This document shows positions 18,397 to 27,270 of a DNA stretch of 64,000 nucleotides, one piece after another. Made by a program: the position numbers and the translations under genes. The number at the start of each line of letters is the position of its first letter. Position 1 is the stretch's first letter. Location: the NCBI GenBank assembly GCA_041615815.1, contig JBFJCP010000004.1, positions 85,379 to 149,378 of the forward strand, written 5' to 3'. The notes beneath the pieces are model-generated. The model saw nothing but the letters and a program-made list of their open reading frames with translations. It was not told the DNA's origin and ran no database searches. The DNA comes from Gemmatimonadales bacterium (lineage in GTDB: Bacteria > Gemmatimonadota > Gemmatimonadetes > Gemmatimonadales > GWC2-71-9).

Positions 18397-20154
18397 TCAG
18401 GCTGATCGCAAGCGGCGCTCCGCGGAGTAGGGGAAGACGTCGGGGACGTCGTCGGCAGCGTGGCGCTCCTGCAGGCGCTGCCAGAACGCGGGATGGAAGA
18501 GACAGGAATGCGTCTCGAGGAAGAGGCGACGGAGCGCACCGCCCAGGCTCAAGAATCGAGACAGCTCCTCGGGAAACACGTCGTGGGGGTTCACGTGGAA
18601 CCAGGGTTCGGCCGCCATCTCGTCTTCGGGGTACCGGGGCTCTGGGAGGTCTCGGAAGGTGCACTCGCTGAGGAGGCACAGTTCGTCGTAGTCGTAGAAG
18701 ATGACGCGTCCGTGGCGCGTCACGCCGAAGTTCTTGAGCAAGAGGTCACCGGGAAACACGTTGGTCATCGCGAGATCGCGAATGGCTTGACCGTAGTCGA
18801 GGACCGCGCGGCGAGCGCTCTCGGGATCGGCATCCCGCAGGTAGAGATCGAGCGGTCGGACCCGCCGTTCGGTGTAAAGGTGCGAAATCACGACGCGATT
18901 GCCTTCGAGCCGCACGGTGTGCGAGGCTCCCGACAGGAGTTCATCGAGGAGCTCGGGTGAGAAGCGTTGGCGGTCAAAGGTCAGGTGTTCGAACTCCTGG
19001 GCGTCCACGAGACGGCCGGCGCGGTCGTGTTCGAAGACCAAGCGATACCGGCGACGCACCTGGTCGCGTGTGGTCTGCTTGGGGTAGGCGAAACGATCGC
19101 GAATGACCTTGAAGACGACGTCGTGCGACGCCATGGTGAAGACGATCATCACGAGGCCGCGTGTTCCCGGAGCGACGACGAAGTGGTCGTCCGAACGCGC
19201 CAGGCGGCGGCGGAGGTTGCGGTAGAACTCCGTTTTCCCGTGTTTATTATGGCCCAGCGCAGTGTAGAGCTCCGCAACGGGCTTCAGCGGCATGAGGGAT
19301 CGGAGAAACTGGATGGTCTCTGCGGCTGATCGTACGTCTGCATGAAAATACGAACGCGTGAAGCTGAAGGCGATGCTGACGTCTTCTTCGGTGAGGAGGG
19401 CGGCATCCACGGCGATGCGGTCGTCGGTATGGGTGAGTGCGAGCACCATCGGCATGACACGGTTACCGCCGCGCACCCGTCCCACGAGGTACGCTGCTTT
19501 CCGCCGGTAGAACACGGCGTCCAGCACGTCGATGGCTTCGAACGGGACGGGAGCCACCCCGGCGGCCCACCGTGAGACGATCCGTTTCGCCACCAAGTGT
19601 GCGTCCTCCTCGAGATCCCGGTAGGGCACGGCAAAAGAGTGATGTTCCAGGATGGACCGGACGACGTCGCGCGGTGAATCTTCCACCACGTACGTGCGAT
19701 ACGGCCGGTCACCGATACCCACAAGCACACGCTCGAATTCGAAGTCCACGTACTCGATGGCCGGGTTGACCCCAACGGTGGTGAAGATCCGACGGGTGAC
19801 GGAGTTGAAGAACGTCTCGGCCAGCTCCATGCTCGGGTCGCCGGCGATCTGCTCGGAGTAGTGGTCTCGCATTTGGGCCCAGACCGCCGCATCCCGTTCC
19901 CGCTCACCCAATAGCGCCTGGATCTCCGCAATCAACGGATCCAGGACCTGTCCGTAGAGTGTCAGGCGTTCACGGGCATCGGCCTGCATCCCGCGCCAGT
20001 CTCGGTTCTCGAACCGTGTCTTGGCACGCCGCGTGATCTCTCGAAAGCGCTGGGAATACTCCTCGTATCCGCGCAACATGACGCTGGCGCCCGCAGACGC
20101 GTCGATCCCGGCGGGGTAGGGGTCCTTCGAGTGCGCGCGGATGGGGGCTGTCAC
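18397..20154 (-). CDS. aceK: Bifunctional isocitrate dehydrogenase kinase/phosphatase (start uncertain, 20154 or 20256)
   Basis: ELAETFFNSV, FYRRKAAYLVG, FSFTRSYF, KHGKTEFYR, APGTRGLVM, FKVIRD, FPGDLLLKNFGVTRHGRVIFYDYDE. Confidence 0.95.
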   Translation of the reverse strand: MTAPIRAHSKDPYPAGIDASAGASVMLRGYEEYSQRFREITRRAKTRFENRDWRGMQADARERLTLYGQVLDPLIAEIQALLGERERDAAVWAQMRDHYSEQIAGDPSMELAETFFNSVTRRIFTTVGVNPAIEYVDFEFERVLVGIGDRPYRTYVVEDSPRDVVRSILEHHSFAVPYRDLEEDAHLVAKRIVSRWAAGVAPVPFEAIDVLDAVFYRRKAAYLVGRVRGGNRVMPMVLALTHTDDRIAVDAALLTEEDVSIAFSFTRSYFHADVRSAAETIQFLRSLMPLKPVAELYTALGHNKHGKTEFYRNLRRRLARSDDHFVVAPGTRGLVMIVFTMASHDVVFKVIRDRFAYPKQTTRDQVRRRYRLVFEHDRAGRLVDAQEFEHLTFDRQRFSPELLDELLSGASHTVRLEGNRVVISHLYTERRVRPLDLYLRDADPESARRAVLDYGQAIRDLAMTNVFPGDLLLKNFGVTRHGRVIFYDYDELCLLSECTFRDLPEPRYPEDEMAAEPWFHVNPHDVFPEELSRFLSLGGALRRLFLETHSCLFHPAFWQRLQERHAADDVPDVFPYSAERRLRSA

Positions 20155-20267
20155 CGGAGCCGGCCTTTCGCAGATGCTCGCGTTGGGCCGAATCAGGAAG
20201 CAAGGCCTGTGCCCCCCGCCATCCCGGGTCGGGTGCCCGGCCCCGGGGGGAGGCATGGGCGGTGGAG

Positions 20268-22526
20268 CTACCGATCTGTCGAGAGCAGCTCCTGGGCTCG
20301 ATCGAGCGCCTGGCGAAGCCGGTCCAGCGCCTTAGCGGTCCGCTCCATCTGGGCGTTCACGTCGTCCCATTGGCGTTGCTCGATGGCTTCCCGAATCCCG
20401 GGGAGCGTCTTGACGCCATATCCGGTGTAGTAGCCGGGCGCGTAGATCGTATGTCGGAACCACGGCCGGCGGGGGAGTCCGTCATCCGCCGACAGCATGC
20501 GTTCGGTGGAGATGAGGATCCGGTTCAGCCGCTGCGCGTCCTGGGACCGCACGCTGCCGTCAGCCATCGCCCTGGCGAGCGCCCGGTCGTACTGTTCCGC
20601 CGTTCGCTGCAGCGCCGCCTGCGCATTCTGCAGTGGGGCGAAGTTGAGAAAGGGCACGGGCTCCTTGGGCTCCGGAGGCACATAGGTCTCCGTGGGGTCT
20701 GCCGCCAGCACATACGCACGCTCTGCCACCAGCGCATTCTCCCGTCGTGTCTGTTCGCGCATCTCGTGCGCCAGATCCATCACCTCCCCGACGTAGCGGT
20801 CCACGTGACCGGCCAGATTACCGAACCGGAACGGCAACACGTCTGCGTTGGCCAAGCGTAGCGTGATGCGACCCGTGGTCTGGGCGAGCGTCACGCCATA
20901 CGTGAAGCCGGGATCCCGAAATCGCGAGTAGTGATCGAACGAGTCGAAGACCGAATGGTAGGAGCCGCCGTCGCCCTCACCGCCGTAACTGATGTTGAGG
21001 GAGGCAATGCCAAGATGCTGGAGGAATGGGGTGTAGTCCGATCCCGATCCCAGCGGCGCGATCGGGACATCGCCGCTCGGTCCCGGCACCGTATCTCCGT
21101 GAATGCGCCGCCGAGCGATGAGGCGTTCGGCGACGCTGACCTTCGTCTGTGGATCGACGACGTCGCTCGCAACTTCGTTGACGATCCGCTCGAGGCTATG
21201 GGAGCCCCCGGCGGACAAGAACCCCCGACTACTGCCGTCGGTGTTGATGTAGGCGACCGCCTTCTCACGGAGTTCCCGGGCATGGTGTTCCGCCCACTCC
21301 GTGGAGCCCAGGAGCCCTGGCTCCTCCGCGTCCCAACCGGCGTAGATGATCGTACGCTTGGGGCGCCAGCCTGACTTGGCGAGCAGACCAATGGCCCGAG
21401 CCTCAGCCAGCAGCGACACCATACCGCTCAGTGGGTCGGCGGCGCCGAATACCCAGGCATCGTGATGGTTCCCCCGCAGGACCCATTGATCGGGATCCTG
21501 GGCGCCGTCGAGCCGCGCGATCACATCGTATGCCGGCTGCAGGTCCCAGTGGAACTCGAGTTGTAGGTGCACCGCTGCGGGCCCGGGTCCGAGGTGATAC
21601 GTGATCGGTAAGGCCCCCCGCCATGACGGCGGTGCCACGGGGCCCGCGATGGCCTCGAGGAGGGGCTTGGCGTCTGCGTACGAGATAGGGAGGACGGGAA
21701 TCTTCATCACCGTGGGAGATTCCGCGGGCGTCATGCGTGCGGCATCGCGCGTTGCACCGACGAACGGCGTCAGCGGATCGCCAGGAAACGTGGGCATATC
21801 CGCCACGGAGCCGCGCTGAGCGCCGTGCTCCATGCGCCACGGTCCGCCGGGATACACCTCGCCCTGCCAATATCCGTCGTCCAGTGGGTCGGAGTAGAGA
21901 ATGCAGCCGATGGCGCCGTGTTCCGCGGCCACCTTGGGCTTGATTCCTCGCCATGATCCTCCGTAGCGGGCGATGACGATCTTCCCTTCGACGCTGATGC
22001 CGCGGCGCGCCAGCTCTTCGTAGTCTGCGGGAACCCCATAGTTCACGTACACCAGCTCACCGGTGACATCGCCATCGGCGGAGTACGCGTTGTACGGTGG
22101 GAGCCGACCATCGGTGATGCGCGAGGTCGCGTCGCGCTCGAGAGCCGGCTCGGCCAGCTGTGGCGCGAACCGGTACGGCTCCACCATTTCCAGCAGTCGG
22201 GTCTTGGGCGTCGGAAACAGGACGTGGAAAGTGTCAATGCGTACTTGATACCCCCATTCCCGAAACTGAGACGCCATCCACTCGGCGTTTCGTTTCGTGT
22301 GGGGCGCGCCCACATGATTGGGGCCTGACGACATCTCCTTGTTCCAGTCACGGAGCAGCCGGGCATCCAGGTAGGAGTCGAAGCGGGCTTCCAGTGCGCG
22401 TTGCGCAACCGTGCCCTCTGCCGTGAATCCGAGGATGATCCCGTCGTTCAGGGTGCCGGGAGCGAAGGCGAGGAGGGTCGCGGCCGCCATGCCCGCGAAC
22501 AGCGAACGGCGATGAGTCGATCTCAT
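20268..22526 (-). CDS. M28 glutamate carboxypeptidase II-like peptidase with PA and transferrin-receptor-like dimerisation domains, secreted
   Basis: Signal peptide; VYVNYG, RGIKPKVA, GNHHDAW, ADPLSG, WDAEE, YINTD, GSGSDY, YHS, RPWFRH; GAGGAG SD. Confidence 0.92.
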   Translation of the reverse strand: MRSTHRRSLFAGMAAATLLAFAPGTLNDGIILGFTAEGTVAQRALEARFDSYLDARLLRDWNKEMSSGPNHVGAPHTKRNAEWMASQFREWGYQVRIDTFHVLFPTPKTRLLEMVEPYRFAPQLAEPALERDATSRITDGRLPPYNAYSADGDVTGELVYVNYGVPADYEELARRGISVEGKIVIARYGGSWRGIKPKVAAEHGAIGCILYSDPLDDGYWQGEVYPGGPWRMEHGAQRGSVADMPTFPGDPLTPFVGATRDAARMTPAESPTVMKIPVLPISYADAKPLLEAIAGPVAPPSWRGALPITYHLGPGPAAVHLQLEFHWDLQPAYDVIARLDGAQDPDQWVLRGNHHDAWVFGAADPLSGMVSLLAEARAIGLLAKSGWRPKRTIIYAGWDAEEPGLLGSTEWAEHHARELREKAVAYINTDGSSRGFLSAGGSHSLERIVNEVASDVVDPQTKVSVAERLIARRRIHGDTVPGPSGDVPIAPLGSGSDYTPFLQHLGIASLNISYGGEGDGGSYHSVFDSFDHYSRFRDPGFTYGVTLAQTTGRITLRLANADVLPFRFGNLAGHVDRYVGEVMDLAHEMREQTRRENALVAERAYVLAADPTETYVPPEPKEPVPFLNFAPLQNAQAALQRTAEQYDRALARAMADGSVRSQDAQRLNRILISTERMLSADDGLPRRPWFRHTIYAPGYYTGYGVKTLPGIREAIEQRQWDDVNAQMERTAKALDRLRQALDRAQELLSTDR

Positions 22527-22663
22527 GAGCACTCCTCAAGAAACTCGGGTGAACGCAGGGACCCCGTAACGGGCAGCATGGCAAGGCGGAACGCCGACGG
22601 GCAATATAGAGGTGAGCGGTGGCAAGCGCAGCCGTGGACCGGTGCTCCGAGCCGGCTTGAAAC

Positions 22664-23857
22664 TCAGCCGCGCTGGACCCACTCCCGCGCCAGCTGGATT
22701 ACCCGATCCACGTCGTCATCGTTGTTGTACAGGTGCAGCGAGAAGCGCAGGACTCCGCGGCGGATCGAGAAGCGAACGCCCTTGGATCGGAGAAACTCGT
22801 ACAGACGGTTCATGGCCGGATCGTCGGCGGAGTCGTGGCGTCCGCCGCCACTCGTGCCGACGGCGACAATGTGTCCCAAGTGCAGTCCGGGGGCTCCGCC
22901 GCATACGGGGAGATCCAAGGCGCGGAGACCGGTCGCCAATCGATTCGCGAGTTGCCGAACGTGTGTGTCGATGTGTTTCGATCCGAGGTCCAGTAGCAAC
23001 CCGAGAGACGCGTCGATCGCCACGGCCCCGAGGTAGTTGTAGTTTCCGAGGTCGAAGCGGCGGGCACCGGCAGCCAGCACCAACTCGCTGGCGTTCATGG
23101 CGGTCTCGTGGGCGTCACGGCCCAGGTCGACCCCAAACCGGGCCAGATAGGCAGGGCTGACCCGGTCGATGGCCTCCCGCCTCACGTAGAGAAACCCCAT
23201 GCCGTAGAACGCCAGCAGCCCTTTCTGCGTGGCGGCCGCGAGTCCGTGAGCCCCGAGGGTGCGAACATCGGTGTGGAGCACGCCCACGGATTGGGCCGCG
23301 TCCAGCAAGAGAAACGCGCCACGATCCTCGCATGCCCGAGCGACGGGAGCGATATCGGTGATGAAGCCTGGCGAAAACGAGACGGTGGGAAGGGTGACGA
23401 GACGAGTTCTGCCATCCATGGCTGCCAGCATTCCTTCGACTGGAAGCCTGCCGTCCACCGTGGGCACCGCTCGGACCTCGACTCCGAGTCGTCGTTTGAG
23501 GTTCAGCCAGGGATAGACGTTGTTGGGGTGTTCGATCTCGGGACAGAAGACGAGGTTGTCGCCGGGTTTCCACGTCAGACCGGCCGCCACGATATTCAGT
23601 CCTTCCGAGGTGTTCTTGGTGATGGCAATCTCGTCCGCGCTCGCACCGATGAGTGACGCAAGACGGTGTCGGGCGCGCTCGACGGTGTCGAAGGCCGCCC
23701 GCTTATTCTCGGCGCCGGCTATCCGTTCCTCCAAGTACCGATCGACGGCGCCTTTCGTATCCGTCGACAACAGGCCACGAACCGACACGTCCATGTAGAT
23801 GCCCTGTTCGGCGCCAGGAAAGAGCTGCCGCGCACGCACAAAACGCGCCTCGCTCAT
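22664..23857 (-). CDS. PLP-dependent aminotransferase class V-fold enzyme
   Basis: NTSEGLN, EHPNNVYPW, DAAQSVG, PLP-lysine in TQKGLL, RFSLHLYN; ATGA overlap with the transporter gene. Confidence 0.88.
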   Translation of the reverse strand: MSEARFVRARQLFPGAEQGIYMDVSVRGLLSTDTKGAVDRYLEERIAGAENKRAAFDTVERARHRLASLIGASADEIAITKNTSEGLNIVAAGLTWKPGDNLVFCPEIEHPNNVYPWLNLKRRLGVEVRAVPTVDGRLPVEGMLAAMDGRTRLVTLPTVSFSPGFITDIAPVARACEDRGAFLLLDAAQSVGVLHTDVRTLGAHGLAAATQKGLLAFYGMGFLYVRREAIDRVSPAYLARFGVDLGRDAHETAMNASELVLAAGARRFDLGNYNYLGAVAIDASLGLLLDLGSKHIDTHVRQLANRLATGLRALDLPVCGGAPGLHLGHIVAVGTSGGGRHDSADDPAMNRLYEFLRSKGVRFSIRRGVLRFSLHLYNNDDDVDRVIQLAREWVQRG

Positions 23858-25080
23858 GACCAACCCTCCGAATGCGCCACGATGGTCGTTCCAACCAAGT
23901 CACCCATGACGTTGATGGTCGTATTCCCCATGTCGATCAACCGATAGATGCCGCCGACGATTGCGGCGATCTCGAGTGGTAGATTGAACGCCTCCACGAA
24001 AATGAGCGCAATCACCAGCCCACCTCCCGGAATGCCCCCTGAGCCCTCGGACAGAAGCAATCCTACTAGGATGATTGTCAATTGCGACGCGAGGCTGAAC
24101 TCGATCCCAGCTGCTTGTGCGGTGAACAACAGTACCCCCGAGAGCATGATGGCCGTTCCGTCCTTATTGATCTGTGCGCCCAACGGAAGCGTGAAGGTGT
24201 AGATGCTGCGAGGGAGATGGAGGCGCTCTTCGGCCATCTCGAAGGCCACGACCAGGCTGGCCAAGCTGCTACACGTTGCAGCGGTCGTGGCGTAGAGCGG
24301 CCCCGTCCGGCGGAGAAACGACAATGGCGATCGTTTCGTCACCCCGGCGAGGAGCGTCAAATAGATCACGACCATCGCGAGCTGTGCGCCATACACTCCT
24401 CCCAAGAAGAGGGCCAGTGGGCCAAAGAGTTGAGCCCCGTAGAGTCCCACGGTGCTCGCGGCCAACGCACCAATTCCCAGCGGCGCGGTGTAGAGGATCA
24501 GGTCCACTAGTTTGCGCAAAACCTCCGCCAAGAGTGCAAACGTTTGTTGCAGCGGCTCCCGTTTGTCCGTGGGCAGAAGCACGGTGGCGATACCGAGCAT
24601 CACGGCGAAGACGACGATCTGTGCCACCTGACCACTGCTGAAGGCGTGAAACACGTTCTCCGGAATGAGATCGACGAACACGTCCGTGACTCTTGGAACC
24701 TGACCGAAGCTCTCGTCCACCGGCTCCGTGAGCTGCATCCCAACGCCCGGGCGGAGCAAGTGCATGGCGGTAAGGCCCAAGGTCAACGCGATCGTCGTGG
24801 TCACCAGATAGTAGAGGACGATCTTTCCGCCAATGCGACCCAGCATCTTGACGTCCGTCAGGCTGGTCATGCCCGCCAGGAGATTGAAAAAGACCAGCGG
24901 GATAGCCGCCATCAGCAGCAAGCGAATGAACAGATCACCGACGGGTTGGACGATTTGCGCCCGCTCGCCGACGATGATGCCGGCGATGACACCCACGGCC
25001 ATGAACAGCAGGATCTTGACCCCTAGCGAGAGGCGGCGGTACCGCTCCCAGAGTTTCCCGGCTGCTGTCGGGTTGGTCAC
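23854..25080 (-). CDS. Dicarboxylate/amino acid:cation symporter (DAACS/GltP family)
   Basis: GDLFIRLL, IPEN, TCSSLASL, LPLGAQINKDGT, GIPGG, DMGNTTINVMGD. Confidence 0.92.
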   Translation of the reverse strand: MTNPTAAGKLWERYRRLSLGVKILLFMAVGVIAGIIVGERAQIVQPVGDLFIRLLLMAAIPLVFFNLLAGMTSLTDVKMLGRIGGKIVLYYLVTTTIALTLGLTAMHLLRPGVGMQLTEPVDESFGQVPRVTDVFVDLIPENVFHAFSSGQVAQIVVFAVMLGIATVLLPTDKREPLQQTFALLAEVLRKLVDLILYTAPLGIGALAASTVGLYGAQLFGPLALFLGGVYGAQLAMVVIYLTLLAGVTKRSPLSFLRRTGPLYATTAATCSSLASLVVAFEMAEERLHLPRSIYTFTLPLGAQINKDGTAIMLSGVLLFTAQAAGIEFSLASQLTIILVGLLLSEGSGGIPGGGLVIALIFVEAFNLPLEIAAIVGGIYRLIDMGNTTINVMGDLVGTTIVAHSEGWS

Positions 25081-25472
25081 GTTTGCGCGGTCGGTGCAGC
25101 AGGCATGGGACCCGTAGTGTGCGTGCGAGATGTTCCCCGCGCCAGCGGTCGGTCCCGAAGGCCGTCATCCGCGGAGGGCGGTTGCGACGGCCCCGCGGTC
25201 TTTGGCTCGCGCTCCGTCCCGAGCATGTTGTTTCGCGGGTGGCCGCGGTCGTGGCGGCCCACTAGATTCGCAACGAGTCCACCGCGTGACTCGTTCTTCT
25301 CTGACCTCTCAACTGCCGTTGGGGCCTTCATGCGAGTATCGATCGTTACACTCGCCATCGCGACCGTCGTCGTTCCGTGCTCTTCGCGTGGGGTGACCCT
25401 CGCGCAGGAGCACCGGCACCAGACCGCCAAAACCGTGGCACGCGCTCTGGTTGGTGAGGGATAGCGTCACCC

Positions 25473-26333
25473 ATGAACCAGCCGGGCGCGGGATCGGCCA
25501 AGTACTTCGAGCTCTACACGCAGTCGCACCGTCAGGCCTGGGACCCGCTCGCCATCGAGTTGGCTCAGGATCGGCGCGACTGGGAGCGGATCCAGCAGGA
25601 GCATGCTGTTGAGGCCTACGGCGAGCAGATCCATCGCCTCTGTTCGCTGTTCTTCGAAGGTGAAGAATCGGTGGCCAAGACGCTCGCTCCGTACCTCTCC
25701 GCCGTCGAGCGGGCAGGGCTGGGCTCGGACAAAGCACTATGTCTGGCGTCTCAGCTGTACGAGGAAGCGAGACACTACGTGTTTTTCGCTCGGTACTTCG
25801 CGGATGTCTTGGGTGATCTGGACACCAAGCGTCATCTCGCGCCCGCGCCCAAGTCGGTGCTCGTGGATGCGTTGACCGATATCAGTACCCGGCTGCGTCG
25901 AGAGGAAGATCCGGAGCGCCTCGAGGTTCTTCTCGTGGAGGGTGCGGTCCGCTACATGGGCATCGCGGAGGCCATGTTGGCACGGACGGGGTACCGTGGG
26001 GCCGAGGAGGCCCTGTTGACGCGAGGGTGGCTCCCGGGGCTCCAGCAGGGATTTCGCTTGATCCGGCGCGACGAGGGCCGGCACGTGTCCTTTGGAATTC
26101 ACTTTTTGCAGGAGATAGTGGAGCGGCAGCCGTCGTATGGAGAGGTGGTCCAGTCGACCTTCCACGCCGCCCTCCCCGATGTGCTGGCCACCGTCAAGCA
26201 GTTCGACGGCGAGCACGCCCTGGTCGACTTGGATTCGCTGCTGCGATACGCGGTGGATGCCGGGCGACAGTTCATGACCGCGGCGGGGTTGGGGGATGAT
26301 GAGGCGGCCATGCTCGACACGTTGCGGCTCTGA
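25473..26333 (+). CDS. R2-like ligand-binding oxidase (R2lox; ferritin-like dimetal protein)
   Basis: FFEGEESV, EEARH, EAMLARTGY, LPG, RRDEGRH dimetal ligand pattern; no RNR large subunit nearby. Confidence 0.82.
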   Translation: MNQPGAGSAKYFELYTQSHRQAWDPLAIELAQDRRDWERIQQEHAVEAYGEQIHRLCSLFFEGEESVAKTLAPYLSAVERAGLGSDKALCLASQLYEEARHYVFFARYFADVLGDLDTKRHLAPAPKSVLVDALTDISTRLRREEDPERLEVLLVEGAVRYMGIAEAMLARTGYRGAEEALLTRGWLPGLQQGFRLIRRDEGRHVSFGIHFLQEIVERQPSYGEVVQSTFHAALPDVLATVKQFDGEHALVDLDSLLRYAVDAGRQFMTAAGLGDDEAAMLDTLRL

Positions 26334-26348
26334 TCTCTGGGGGACATC

Positions 26349-26672
26349 ATGGCGCGGATGCTGGTTCGGTATCGGGTGAAGCCGGAAGCCGTTGCGGAGG
26401 TCAAGAAAGCGATTGTAGAGTTCGTGGACGCCATCCGCGAGCGCGAACCCGACACGATCTACGGCGCGTTCCTGGAGGAAGACGGCCGGTCATTCTTCCA
26501 CCTGATGATATTCCCCGACCGCGAGCGGGAAGAGTCGCATCGCACGTCGGCGCACACCGAGAAGTTCGTGGCGGCGCTGTACCGCAACTGTGAAGTGGAG
26601 CCTGAGTTCCGAACGCTCGAGCTAGTGCGTTCGACCAAACCAGGCCGCGGGTTTCTCGGCATGGGCCAGTAG
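26349..26672 (+). CDS. Antibiotic biosynthesis monooxygenase-like (dimeric alpha/beta barrel) protein
   Basis: VRYRVKPE..EPDTIY..F..H...H..F pattern; about 107 aa. Confidence 0.7.
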   Translation: MARMLVRYRVKPEAVAEVKKAIVEFVDAIREREPDTIYGAFLEEDGRSFFHLMIFPDREREESHRTSAHTEKFVAALYRNCEVEPEFRTLELVRSTKPGRGFLGMGQ

Positions 26673-26705
26673 GGGGGCAAGCCAAACCTCAAGAGGGGGA
26701 CCACC

Positions 26706-27191
26706 ATGAGGTTGCAGGATGCGTTGCTGGGAGTAACCAAGGGTGCCCGAGGTTGGCTCAAGGCGTGGGCCAAGGATTTCACCGATGAGGAAGCCACCGA
26801 GGGCGGCACGGCTGGTCTCAACCCCATCGCCTGGCAACTGGGACACGTCGCCGCAACCCAGGACGATGTGTACTGTCTGTTCACGGGGGATCAGACCATC
26901 GTACCCAAGACCATTCGGGGGATATGTGGTACGGGGTGCCCGGCACCCACGGCCGAGACGACGTATCCACCGATCTCCGAGTTGTGGATGCTGCTGGAGC
27001 GAACGCAGGACCGGTTGATCGGGCTGATCAAACGATCATCGGAGGCGGATTTCGATCGCCCGCCACTCAAAGAGAACCCCTTCTTCCATTCGATGGGGCA
27101 AGCGATCTACGAGATCGCGCTGCATGAGAACTATCACGTGGGGACGGTAGCCGCGTTACGAAAGGCATTGGGCAAGACCGCGATCGCCTAG
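26706..27191 (+). CDS. DinB family protein
   Basis: NPIAWQLGH and HENYHVG His triad; SD GAGGGGG. Confidence 0.85.
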   Translation: MRLQDALLGVTKGARGWLKAWAKDFTDEEATEGGTAGLNPIAWQLGHVAATQDDVYCLFTGDQTIVPKTIRGICGTGCPAPTAETTYPPISELWMLLERTQDRLIGLIKRSSEADFDRPPLKENPFFHSMGQAIYEIALHENYHVGTVAALRKALGKTAIA

Positions 27192-27270
27192 CGCGGCACC
27201 TCCACGGGCGCAGTCTCCAGGAGGTCGATCTACCGCACCCGTCCCCCGGTGGTGTACCATCCACACACTG

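Noticed and set aside
22664-23857. Cysteine desulfurase (SufS/IscS)
   Set aside because: No C-terminal catalytic Cys motif and no Fe-S assembly genes adjacent
25473-26333. Ribonucleotide reductase beta subunit
   Set aside because: Motif spacing fits R2lox better and no alpha subunit is nearby
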